Assembly: GCA_017934475.1 (NCBI GenBank)
Contig: JAGBJN010000003.1
Coordinates: 1,839 to 65,838, forward strand
Direction of reading: 5' to 3'
DNA: 64,000 bases
From: Clostridia bacterium
GTDB lineage: Bacteria; Bacillota; Clostridia; TANB77; CAG-508
Made by a program: the position numbers and the translations under genes. A model generated the notes under the pieces. The model searched no databases and was not told the DNA's origin. It saw only the letters and a program-made list of their open reading frames with translations. Of this stretch, positions 55,196 to 63,663 are shown piece after piece. The stretch's first letter is position 1. Each line of letters opens with the position of its first letter.

Positions 55196-56257
55196 ATGGA
55201 AAATTTAACGTCAAATAATAATATAAATATAGATGAATTATATAATAAAATATCAGAACAGATTGAAATATCTAAAATGAATATTGCTATTCAAGCTAAT
55301 AGTGAAATGACAATGCTTTATTGGAATATCGGAAGAGATATAACTGAAAATGTATTAAATAACAATAAAGCAGAATATGGGAAAGAAGTAATAAATTGTT
55401 TAAGTAAAAGATTAACTAGCGAATATGGTCGTGGATATAGTATTAGAAATATATTTAATATGTTAAGATTTTACGAATATTTCAATGATTTTGAAATTTT
55501 GCAGACACTGTCTGCAAAATTGAGCTGGTCACATTTTATTGAAATAATAAAGATAAAAAATGGATTAAAACGAGAGTTTTATACAACAATGTGTATAAAT
55601 GAAAATTGGTCTGTAAGAACATTAAGAGAAAGAATAAGCTCAGCATTATTTGAGAGAACAGCTATATCGAAAAAGCCAGAAAAAACAATTATAAAAGATT
55701 TACAATTATTAAATAAAGAAAATAAAATGTCAACAGACTTATTTTTTAGAGATCCTTATGTATTAGATTTTTTAGATTTAAAGGATACATATAGTGAAAA
55801 AGATTTTGAAAGCGCAATAATAAGTGAGTTAGAGAGGTTTATATTAGAAATGGGAAATGATTTTGCGTTTTTAGCAAGACAAAAAAGAATAACAATAGAT
55901 GGAGAAGATTATTATATCGATTTATTATTTTATCATAGGAAAATGAAAAGACTAGTTGTTATAGAATTAAAATTAGATAAATTTAAACCAGAATATAAAG
56001 GACAAGTTGAGTTATACTTAAAATGGTTAGATAAATATGAAAGAGCAGAAGGAGAAGAATCTCCAATTGCAATAATACTATGTGCAGATAAAAATGATAT
56101 GGTGGCAGAATTATTACAATTGGATAATAGTGATATTCATGTTGCAAGATATATAACGAATTATGTTTCAAAAGATTTGTTAGAGCAAAAACTAATGAAA
56201 AGCATTGAAAAGGCAAAAAGACAATTAGAACAAAGAAATAAAAGAAGTAAAATATAA
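55196..56257 (+). CDS. DUF1016 / YhcG-type PDDEXK nuclease-domain protein
   Basis: LSAKLSWSHFIEIIKIKN...REFY...NWSVRTLRERI and C-terminal D..FYHR...VVIELK motifs. Confidence 0.85.
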   Translation: MENLTSNNNINIDELYNKISEQIEISKMNIAIQANSEMTMLYWNIGRDITENVLNNNKAEYGKEVINCLSKRLTSEYGRGYSIRNIFNMLRFYEYFNDFEILQTLSAKLSWSHFIEIIKIKNGLKREFYTTMCINENWSVRTLRERISSALFERTAISKKPEKTIIKDLQLLNKENKMSTDLFFRDPYVLDFLDLKDTYSEKDFESAIISELERFILEMGNDFAFLARQKRITIDGEDYYIDLLFYHRKMKRLVVIELKLDKFKPEYKGQVELYLKWLDKYERAEGEESPIAIILCADKNDMVAELLQLDNSDIHVARYITNYVSKDLLEQKLMKSIEKAKRQLEQRNKRSKI

Positions 56258-56311
56258 AATAGTAGTTTTTTTATAAAAATATTGCATATAATATAAATAT
56301 ATATTATTATA

Positions 56312-56386
56312 TATATAAGGATTAGGGCAGAAGTCTTCGGACGGTGCTTAAAAAGGGTAGATTTTTAAATCTACTCTTTTTCTTTT
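56312..56386 (+). repeat. Copy B of the conserved ~75-nt element, between the DUF1016 gene and fcl
   Basis: ATAAGGATTAGGGCAGAAGTCTTCGGACGGTGCTTAAAAAGGGTAGATTTTTAAATCTACTCTTTTTCTTTT. Perfect 8-bp terminator stem GTAGATTT/AAATCTAC. A TTGCAT-17-TATTAT promoter-like pair lies just upstream (56282..56310). Confidence 0.7.
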
Positions 56387-56416
56387 ATCAAATTGATAAG
56401 TTTTTTTGTTTTTAGG

Positions 56417-56445
56417 TTGTAATTTATAATTGTATTATATATAAT
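56417..56445 (+). promoter_or_regulatory. Candidate sigma-A promoter for fcl-manC-manA
   Basis: TTGTAA, 17 nt, TATAAT. Confidence 0.45.
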
Positions 56446-56479
56446 AACAAATATAATGAATTTGAAAGGGAGTATTATT

Positions 56480-57421
56480 ATGGAAAAAGATTCTAAAATA
56501 TATGTAGCAGGTCATAGAGGAATGGTAGGATCTGCAATAGTAAGAGAACTTGAAAGACAAGGATATACAAATATAATTACAAGAACACACTCTGAATTGG
56601 ATTTATGCAGACAAGCTGATGTAGAAAAATTTTTTGAGGAAGAGAAACCAGAATATGTATTTTTAGCAGCTGCAAAAGTTGGTGGTATTATTGCTAATCA
56701 AGAAGCTTTAGCTGATTTTATGTATGATAATATGATATTAGAAATGAATGTTATACATTCTGCTTGGAAAAATGGATGCAAAAAAGTAGAATTTTTAGGT
56801 TCATCTTGTATATATCCAAGAATGGCACCACAACCAATGAAAGAAGATTGTTTGCTTACAAGTGAACTAGAAAAAACAAATGAGGCATATGCTTTAGCTA
56901 AAATTTCTGGATTAAAATATTGTGAATATTTAAATAGACAATATGGTACAGAATATATAAGTGTAATGCCAACAAATTTATATGGACCAAATGACAATTA
57001 CCATCCAACACATAGCCATGTATTACCAGCACTTATTCGTAGATTTCATGAAGCAAAAGAAAACAATTTACCATCAGTAACATGTTGGGGAGATGGAACA
57101 CCATTAAGAGAATTCTTATATGTAGATGATTTAGCAAATCTATGTGTATTTTTAATGAATAATTATGTTGGAAATGAAACAGTAAATGCAGGAACAGGAA
57201 AAGAAATAACAATAAAAGAATTAACAGAACTTGTTGCTAAAGTAATAGGATATAATGGTGAAATATTATGGGATACATCAAAACCAAATGGAACACCAAG
57301 AAAATTATTAGATGTATCTAAAGCAACAAATTTAGGATGGACATATAAGACAGAATTAGAAGATGGAATAAAACTTGCTTATGAAGATTTCCTAAATAAT
57401 CCAATGAGAGCAGAAAGATAG
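56480..57421 (+). CDS. fcl: GDP-L-fucose synthase (GDP-4-keto-6-deoxymannose 3,5-epimerase/4-reductase)
   Basis: KIYVAGHRGMVGSAI, GSSCIYP, YALAK and NLYGPNDN motifs. ATG 56480 sits behind GAAAGGGAG; the ORF track starts at 56456. Confidence 0.94.
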   Translation: MEKDSKIYVAGHRGMVGSAIVRELERQGYTNIITRTHSELDLCRQADVEKFFEEEKPEYVFLAAAKVGGIIANQEALADFMYDNMILEMNVIHSAWKNGCKKVEFLGSSCIYPRMAPQPMKEDCLLTSELEKTNEAYALAKISGLKYCEYLNRQYGTEYISVMPTNLYGPNDNYHPTHSHVLPALIRRFHEAKENNLPSVTCWGDGTPLREFLYVDDLANLCVFLMNNYVGNETVNAGTGKEITIKELTELVAKVIGYNGEILWDTSKPNGTPRKLLDVSKATNLGWTYKTELEDGIKLAYEDFLNNPMRAER

Positions 57422-57433
57422 GAGAGATTGCTA

Positions 57434-58747
57434 ATGAACATTATATTACTATCTGGTGGTTCTGGTAAAAGATTATGGCCACTTTCTAATGATGTCAGAT
57501 CAAAACAATTTATAAAGATATTTAGAAATGAATCTGGCGAATATGAATCTATGCTTCAACGCATGTATAGAAATATAAAAAAGGTTAATGCTGACTCTGT
57601 TGTAACGATTGCTACATCTAAATCACAGGTATCAAGTATTAATAATCAAATAGGTGATGATGTAGGTATATCTATAGAAACTTGTAGAAGAGATACATTT
57701 CCAGCAATTGCACTAGCAACAGCATATTTACATGATGTAAAGGGTGTTTCAGAAGATGAAGCAGTAGTTGTATGCCCGGTAGATCCATATGTAGAAGAAG
57801 ATTACTTTATAGCATTAAATGAACTTTATAATATGGCTAAAACTGGAAATGCAAATTTAAATTTAATGGGTATAAATCCAACATATCCAAGTGAAAAATA
57901 TGGATATATAATACCAGAAAATAGTGAAAAAATAAGTAAAGTAAAAATGTTTAAAGAAAAACCAGATAAAGAAACTGCAAAGGAATATATTGCTTCTGGT
58001 GCTTTATGGAATGGTGGTATTTTTGCATATAAATTAAAATATGTTTTAGATATTGCACATAAACTTATAGATTTTGAAGATTATGAGGATTTATTTAATA
58101 AATATGAGACTTTAAGTAAAATAAGTTTTGATTATGCAGTTGTTGAAAAAGAAGATAATATACAAGTTATGAGATTTAACGGAATGTGGAAAGACCTTGG
58201 AACATGGAATACTTTAACTGAAAGTATGAATGATAATATATTAGGAAAAGGTATTCAAAATGAAACTTGTGAGAATACACATATTATTAATGAACTAAAT
58301 ATTCCAATTTTATGTATGGGAATAAAAGATGCAATTGTTGCAGCAAGTCCAGAAGGAATACTAGTTTCAAATAAAGAACAATCTAGTTATATAAAACCTT
58401 ATGTTGAAGATATAGAAGGACAAATAATGTTTGCAGAAAAATCATGGGGAAGTTATAAAGTAATAGATATTCAAGAAGAGAGTTTAACAATACTTGTTAC
58501 TTTAAAAGCTGGAAGTAAAATGCATTACCATAGTCATGACAATAGAGATGAAGTTTGGACTATTATAGAAGGAAAAGGAAAAACTATAATTGATGGAATG
58601 GAACAAATAGTGAAACCTGGAGATGTTATCACAATGGAAGCAGGATGTAGACATACTATAATAGCTGAAACAGAACTAAAACTAATAGAAGTTCAATTAG
58701 GCAAGGAGATAAATGTTAATGATAAACACAAATACGAAATCGAATAA
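57434..58747 (+). CDS. manC: Mannose-1-phosphate guanylyltransferase (with C-terminal cupin domain)
   Basis: ILLSGGSGKRLWPLS N-terminus, GYI and WNGGIF motifs, and a cupin-like C-terminus. Confidence 0.88.
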   Translation: MNIILLSGGSGKRLWPLSNDVRSKQFIKIFRNESGEYESMLQRMYRNIKKVNADSVVTIATSKSQVSSINNQIGDDVGISIETCRRDTFPAIALATAYLHDVKGVSEDEAVVVCPVDPYVEEDYFIALNELYNMAKTGNANLNLMGINPTYPSEKYGYIIPENSEKISKVKMFKEKPDKETAKEYIASGALWNGGIFAYKLKYVLDIAHKLIDFEDYEDLFNKYETLSKISFDYAVVEKEDNIQVMRFNGMWKDLGTWNTLTESMNDNILGKGIQNETCENTHIINELNIPILCMGIKDAIVAASPEGILVSNKEQSSYIKPYVEDIEGQIMFAEKSWGSYKVIDIQEESLTILVTLKAGSKMHYHSHDNRDEVWTIIEGKGKTIIDGMEQIVKPGDVITMEAGCRHTIIAETELKLIEVQLGKEINVNDKHKYEIE

Positions 58748-59723
58748 CTATCCATTTTTATTAAAACCAAGTGCAAAAGATTATCTTTGGGGTGGAAATA
58801 GATTAAATGAAGATTTTAATAAAAACATTGATTTAAGTCCTTTAGCAGAAACTTGGGAATGTTCAACACACCCAGATGGTCCAAGCTATGTTGCCTCTGG
58901 AATTCATAAAGGAAAAAATTTAATAGAAGTATTAAAAGAACATCCTGAATATTTAGGAACTCACCCAAATACAAATGGAGAATTACCAATATTAATTAAA
59001 TTTATAGATGCTAAAAAGGATTTATCTGTTCAAGTTCATCCTGATGATGAATATGCAAAAAAATATGAAAATGGGCAATTAGGTAAGACAGAGATGTGGT
59101 ATGTTTTAGATGCAACTAAGAATGCTAAATTAGTGCATGGATTTAAAACAGATGTTAATGAACGAATAATAAGAAAAGCAATAGAAGATGGAAAGTTAGA
59201 AAAGTATTTAAATAAAGTTCAAGTTCATAAAGATGATATATTTTTTATTGAAGCAGGAACGGTTCATGCAATAGGTGAAGGAACACTAATTGCTGAAATA
59301 CAAGAAAACTCTAATTTAACATATAGATTATATGATTACAATAGAGTAGACAAAAATGGAAAGTTAAGAGAATTACATATAGATAAAGCATTAAAAGTTA
59401 TGAATTACAAAGCCTCACAAAAAGTAAAACAACCTATGAAAATATATAACTATAAAAAAGGCTCATGCTCAAACCTAATCTGTAGATGTAAATATTTTGA
59501 AGTACATAAAAATATAATAAACACAGAGAATACAAAAGAAATGTTTAAAATGAAAACAGAAAGTAATTCTTTTCATGTACTTCTTTGTTTAGAAGGATGC
59601 GGAACAATTTTAACAGATAAGGAGAATATTCAATTTTTTAAAGGTGATTGTATATTTATACCAGCTAATTCAGTAGAATTTAGAATACATGGTATAGCTA
59701 GTATTTTAGATGTAAATTGTTAA
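58713..59723 (+). CDS. manA: Mannose-6-phosphate isomerase, class I
   Basis: YLWGG, ELPILIKFIDAKKDLSVQVHPDD, KTEMWYVL and HAIGEG motifs. Confidence 0.88.
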   Translation: MLMINTNTKSNNYPFLLKPSAKDYLWGGNRLNEDFNKNIDLSPLAETWECSTHPDGPSYVASGIHKGKNLIEVLKEHPEYLGTHPNTNGELPILIKFIDAKKDLSVQVHPDDEYAKKYENGQLGKTEMWYVLDATKNAKLVHGFKTDVNERIIRKAIEDGKLEKYLNKVQVHKDDIFFIEAGTVHAIGEGTLIAEIQENSNLTYRLYDYNRVDKNGKLRELHIDKALKVMNYKASQKVKQPMKIYNYKKGSCSNLICRCKYFEVHKNIINTENTKEMFKMKTESNSFHVLLCLEGCGTILTDKENIQFFKGDCIFIPANSVEFRIHGIASILDVNC

Positions 59724-59770
59724 AATGATAATATATATGTAAAATATTTCCAGAGAAAATTTTAAAAAAG

Positions 59771-59799
59771 TTGACAATTTACATAAATTATCATATACT
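59771..59799 (+). promoter_or_regulatory. Sigma-A-type promoter driving a short non-coding unit
   Basis: TTGACA, 17 nt, TATACT. Confidence 0.5.
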
Positions 59800-59805
59800 A
59801 AATAT

Positions 59806-59897
59806 ATAAAAAAGAGGGAGTACCAAGCCTTAGTTGGAACTAAAAAAGAATAGAGGCTATTAATATATTATTAAGATATATTAATAGTCTTTTTTTG
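59806..59897 (+). ncRNA. Candidate ~90-nt small RNA (promoter, internal hairpin, strong terminator, no ORF)
   Basis: Hairpin GTACCAA gccttag TTGGAAC. Terminator AGGCTATTAATATAT / ATATATTAATAGTCT plus T7 (59854..59897). Only a 9-codon TTG ORF is possible. Confidence 0.35.
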
Positions 59898-60082
59898 TAT
59901 GTATTGTAGGTGATTTTTATATGAAAAAGAGAATACATTTTAAATTATTAGAAGAAAAATATAAAGAATGGGGTAAATAGTTTTTTATGGAAAAAATTTG
60001 TGGTCCAAAGTTGGGACCACATTAGATGAATGTACGCAAAAGTACATAAGAAAGAGAATTTTGAATATACCAAAATTAATAA

Positions 60083-60247
60083 ATGATTTATAAAAATTAT
60101 GGTCGTGGATGTAGTAAAAGTAATATTTTTAATATGCTGAAAATTTATGAATATTTCACTGATTTTCAAATTTTGCAGACAGTGTCTGCAAAATTGAGTT
60201 GGTCACATTTTATTGAAATAATAAAGATAGAAAATGAATTAAATTGA
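60083..60247 (+). pseudogene. Remnant of a second DUF1016/YhcG gene (54-codon fragment)
   Basis: 60098..60240 aligns with 55433..55575 of the intact gene at roughly 85-90 percent identity by eye. It encodes YGRGCSKSNIFNMLKIYEYFTDFQILQTVSAKLSWSHFIEIIKIEN. Confidence 0.8.
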
Positions 60248-60316
60248 AAATAAAATATAGAAGATAAAAACAATAAATATTATTAAAATGTATTACCTAA
60301 AAAGTAATACAAAATA

Positions 60317-60345
60317 TTGACAAACGAAAATAAAGTATATATAAT
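60317..60345 (+). promoter_or_regulatory. Consensus sigma-A promoter for the higB-like operon
   Basis: TTGACA, 17 nt, TATAAT. Confidence 0.6.
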
Positions 60346-60360
60346 ATAGTATATACTTTA
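60331..60360. promoter_or_regulatory. 11-bp perfect inverted repeat overlapping the -10 box (candidate operator)
   Basis: TAAAGTATATA, 8 nt, TATATACTTTA. Confidence 0.5.
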
Positions 60361-60370
60361 TTTTTATGCT

Positions 60371-60697
60371 TTGGAGGTGTCGGAAATATTTATTACTTTT
60401 AGAACAAATAAATTAGAAAAGTTATGTAATAATAAAAAGGAAGCAATAAAAGAATATGGTTTAAAAGTTGGAAGCAAACTAATTCAAAGAAAACTTGAAT
60501 TAGAAGCTTTTAGTAATTTACAAAAGGTGCCAGTAAATTTACCATGGAGAAGAGAAAAACTTAAAGGATTTGAAGATAGATGGTCTATTAGAGTAGAACA
60601 GGAATATAGAATTGAAATTCAAGCATTAGATTTAAATGATGATTTAAGTAAAATTGAAAATATTAAAATTTTGGAGGTGAGCAAACACTATGAATAG
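60371..60697 (+). CDS. higB: HigB-like (plasmid maintenance system killer / RelE superfamily) toxin
   Basis: ITFRTNKLEKLCNN...RREKLKGFEDRWSIRVEQEYRIEI follows the HigB family pattern. The start codon is uncertain (TTG 60371 or GTG 60377, with GGAGG overlapping). Confidence 0.72.
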   Translation: MEVSEIFITFRTNKLEKLCNNKKEAIKEYGLKVGSKLIQRKLELEAFSNLQKVPVNLPWRREKLKGFEDRWSIRVEQEYRIEIQALDLNDDLSKIENIKILEVSKHYE

Positions 60698-61784
60698 AGA
60701 AGATTTAGTTTGCCCAGGAGAAACTATAAAAGAGTTATTAGAGGTATGTAATTATACTCAACAAGACCTTGCAAATAAGTTATGTATGGAATTAAAAACA
60801 ACAAATGAAATATTAAATGGTAAAGCACCTATAACTATTGAAACAGCAATAAAATTAGAAAAAATCTTTGATGTAGATGCTCTTTTTTGGTGCAATTTAG
60901 AATTTAATTATAGAAAAAAACTAAAAGAGATAGAGGAAAGAGAAAAAATTGAAAAAGATTATTTAAGAATAAAAAATGTATATAAAGAAATGGTAAATAG
61001 AAATTTAGTAGAAGAAACAAAAGATAAATATCAAATTGTTGATAATTTTATTAAATTTATGGAAGTTACTTCAGTAGATAATTTAGAACAAGAATATTAT
61101 AATGTAGCATGTAGAAAAGCAAATACTAAAAATTTTGATATAATTAATTTAATGGTTTGGGTGCAAATTGGATTAAAAAAAGCTAGAGAAATTGAAATTG
61201 AAGAATTTAATAAAGAAAAAATACTTTCTAGAATTAGTGAAATAAGAGAATTAACTTTATTAAATGATCAATTTGAAGCAAGAAATCAATTAATAAAAAT
61301 ATGTAATGAATGTGGAATTATAGTGAATTTTGAGAAAAGCATGCCAAATACAGCAATATATGGTATTGCTAAATGGTTAAATGCTAAAACACCTTTTATA
61401 CAAATTAGTGATAGAGGAAAAGCTAAAGATACTTTTTGGTTTTCTTTTATGCATGAATTAGGACACATTATAAAGGGAAGAAAGAAAATGATATTCTTAG
61501 ATATGGATAATAATGAAATAAGCGATGATAAAGAATTACAGTTTCTTAGAGATGTAGAAGAAGCAAAAGCTGACAAGTTTTCAATGGACATTCTTATACC
61601 TGAAAAAGAATATAATGAGTTTTTAAATATTGTTGAAGAAAATAATTTAAATAAAAAAGATATAATTGATTTTTCAAATAAGATAAATATTTCAACTTGT
61701 ATTGTAGCAGGAAGATTAAAGCATGACAAAGAAATGTATGATAATAAAGTCTTAAACTCTTTTAATGAACAAATTCAATTTTAG
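60690..61784 (+). CDS. HigA-type HTH (XRE) domain fused to an ImmA/IrrE (M78) metallopeptidase domain, 364 aa
   Basis: N-terminus PGETIKELLEVCNYTQQDLANKL...ILNGKAPIT. C-terminal HEXXH motif FMHELGHI. Overlaps higB by 8 nt. Confidence 0.85.
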   Translation: MNREDLVCPGETIKELLEVCNYTQQDLANKLCMELKTTNEILNGKAPITIETAIKLEKIFDVDALFWCNLEFNYRKKLKEIEEREKIEKDYLRIKNVYKEMVNRNLVEETKDKYQIVDNFIKFMEVTSVDNLEQEYYNVACRKANTKNFDIINLMVWVQIGLKKAREIEIEEFNKEKILSRISEIRELTLLNDQFEARNQLIKICNECGIIVNFEKSMPNTAIYGIAKWLNAKTPFIQISDRGKAKDTFWFSFMHELGHIIKGRKKMIFLDMDNNEISDDKELQFLRDVEEAKADKFSMDILIPEKEYNEFLNIVEENNLNKKDIIDFSNKINISTCIVAGRLKHDKEMYDNKVLNSFNEQIQF

Positions 61785-61805
61785 AATATTGATATTAATT
61801 TGTAC

Positions 61806-61849
61806 AAAAAGAGAACTTCATTTTATATAAATCGAAGTTTTCTTTTTTT
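61806..61849 (+). terminator. Rho-independent terminator
   Basis: AAAAAGAGAACTTC / GAAGTTTTCTTTTT stem followed by a T-run. Confidence 0.8.
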
Positions 61850-61858
61850 ATTTTTCTA

Positions 61859-61887
61859 TTGTAAAAGTATTAGATGTAATATATAAT
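61859..61887 (+). promoter_or_regulatory. Candidate sigma-A promoter for rfbD-rfbA-rfbC
   Basis: TTGTAA, 17 nt, TATAAT. Confidence 0.5.
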
Positions 61888-61910
61888 GACAAAAACGGAG
61901 GAGAATTATT

Positions 61911-62747
61911 ATGAAAATATTAATTACAGGTGCAAATGGAATGCTTGCAAAAGCAGTTAGAAATGAATTTAAAAATGATGAATTAATCTTAACAGATGTA
62001 GAAGATTTAGACATAACAGATTTAGAAGCAGTTAAAAGTTATGTTGGTAGTACTAAGCCTGATTATATTATAAACTGTGCTGCTTATACTGCAGTAGATA
62101 AAGCTGAAAGTGAAGAAGAACTTGCATATAAAATAAATGCAATTGGGCCAAAGAATTTAGCAATAGCAGCTAAAGAATATGATTGTATTTTAGTACATGT
62201 AAGTACAGACTATGTATTTGGTGGAGATAGAGATGTATCATTAGATTATAGTGAAGATGATGAAAAAAATCCACAAGCTGTATATGGAACTACTAAACTT
62301 GAAGGAGAAAAATTCATTGCTGAAAATTGTGAAAAGTATTATATATTTAGAACTGCATGGTTATATGGAGAAGGAAAGAACTTTGTTAGAACAATGATAA
62401 GTTTATCTGAAACACATTCAGAACTTAAAGTTGTAAATGACCAACATGGTAGTCCAACATATGCAGTGGATTTAGCAAGTATAATACACCAAGCAATAGA
62501 TAAAGAAATACCTTTTGGAATATATAATTCAACAAACTTAGGATATACAACATGGTATGATTTTACAAAGAAAATATTTGAAATAAAAGGAATTAATTGT
62601 AATGTATTACCTGTTACAAGTGAGGAATTTGCATCAGTTGCAAAAAGACCTAAAAATTCACAAATGAGTAAACAAAAGTTAATAGATTGTGGAATAGTTA
62701 TTCCAGAATATGAAGATGCTTTAAGAAGATATTTGGAAAATGAATAG
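61911..62747 (+). CDS. rfbD: dTDP-4-dehydrorhamnose reductase
   Basis: [28 protein letters not shown] and a typical RmlD length. Confidence 0.93.
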   Translation: MKILITGANGMLAKAVRNEFKNDELILTDVEDLDITDLEAVKSYVGSTKPDYIINCAAYTAVDKAESEEELAYKINAIGPKNLAIAAKEYDCILVHVSTDYVFGGDRDVSLDYSEDDEKNPQAVYGTTKLEGEKFIAENCEKYYIFRTAWLYGEGKNFVRTMISLSETHSELKVVNDQHGSPTYAVDLASIIHQAIDKEIPFGIYNSTNLGYTTWYDFTKKIFEIKGINCNVLPVTSEEFASVAKRPKNSQMSKQKLIDCGIVIPEYEDALRRYLENE

Positions 62748-62758
62748 GAGAGAGATTG

Positions 62759-63634
62759 ATGAAAAACAGAAAAGGAATAATATTAGCAGGAGGAAGTGCA
62801 ACAAGATTATATCCACTTACACTTGCTATATCAAAGCAAATAATGCCAGTATATGATAAACCGATGATATATTATCCACTTTCTACTTTAATGGAAGCAG
62901 GAATAAGAGATGTATTAATTATATCTACACCAAGAGATATAGTTATATTTGAAGATTTACTTGGTGATGGTTCTAAATGGGGAATGCATTTTGAATACAA
63001 AGTACAAGAAAAACCAAATGGACTTGCAGAAGCATTTATAATTGGTGAAGACTTTATAGGTGAAGATAATGTTGCAATGATACTTGGAGATAATATGTTT
63101 TATGGAGAAAACTTCTCTAAACAATTAAAATCTGCAAATGAAAGAGAAGATGAAGCAACGATATTTGGATACTATGTAAAAGATCCAAAAGCATATGGAG
63201 TAGTTGAAATAGATTCTAATGGAAATGCTATTTCAATTGAAGAAAAACCATTAAAACCAAAATCTAATTATGCAGTGCCAGGACTATATTTTTATCCAAA
63301 TAGTGTAGTAGAAATTGCAAAAAGTATAAAACCATCTGCAAGAGGAGAACTAGAAATAACATCTGTAAATGAAGAATATATGAATAGAAAAATGCTTAAA
63401 GTAGAAAAACTAGGAAAGAAAATGACATGGTTTGATACAGGTACACATGATGCATTACTTGAAACAGCAAGTTTTGTACAAACAATACAAAAAAGACAAG
63501 GAATACAAATATGTTGCCCTGAAGAAATTGCATTTGATAACGGATGGATTAGTAAAGAACAATTATTAGAATTATCAAAGAAATTAATGAAAACAGAATA
63601 TGGAGTATACTTAAAAGAATTAGCTGAAGAATAA
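62759..63634 (+). CDS. rfbA: Glucose-1-phosphate thymidylyltransferase
   Basis: [36 protein letters not shown] and LGDN motifs. Confidence 0.96.
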   Translation: MKNRKGIILAGGSATRLYPLTLAISKQIMPVYDKPMIYYPLSTLMEAGIRDVLIISTPRDIVIFEDLLGDGSKWGMHFEYKVQEKPNGLAEAFIIGEDFIGEDNVAMILGDNMFYGENFSKQLKSANEREDEATIFGYYVKDPKAYGVVEIDSNGNAISIEEKPLKPKSNYAVPGLYFYPNSVVEIAKSIKPSARGELEITSVNEEYMNRKMLKVEKLGKKMTWFDTGTHDALLETASFVQTIQKRQGIQICCPEEIAFDNGWISKEQLLELSKKLMKTEYGVYLKELAEE

Positions 63635-63663
63635 AATAAATAAAAATGTAAGGAGAGAAAAAA

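Noticed and set aside
59948-60169. 73-aa minus-strand ORF in the manA-higB spacer
   Set aside because: It overlaps the plus-strand DUF1016 remnant, whose homology to 55433..55575 explains the sequence. It has no RBS and a low-complexity product.
60366-60392. Possible third CGG recoding site: ATG 60366 opens a frame reading ATG CTT TGG AGG TGT CGG AAA just upstream of higB
   Set aside because: A +1 shift at this CGG leads to a stop after 6 codons. The HigB frame is +2 relative to this ATG, so it does not follow the pattern seen at 25011 and 31956.
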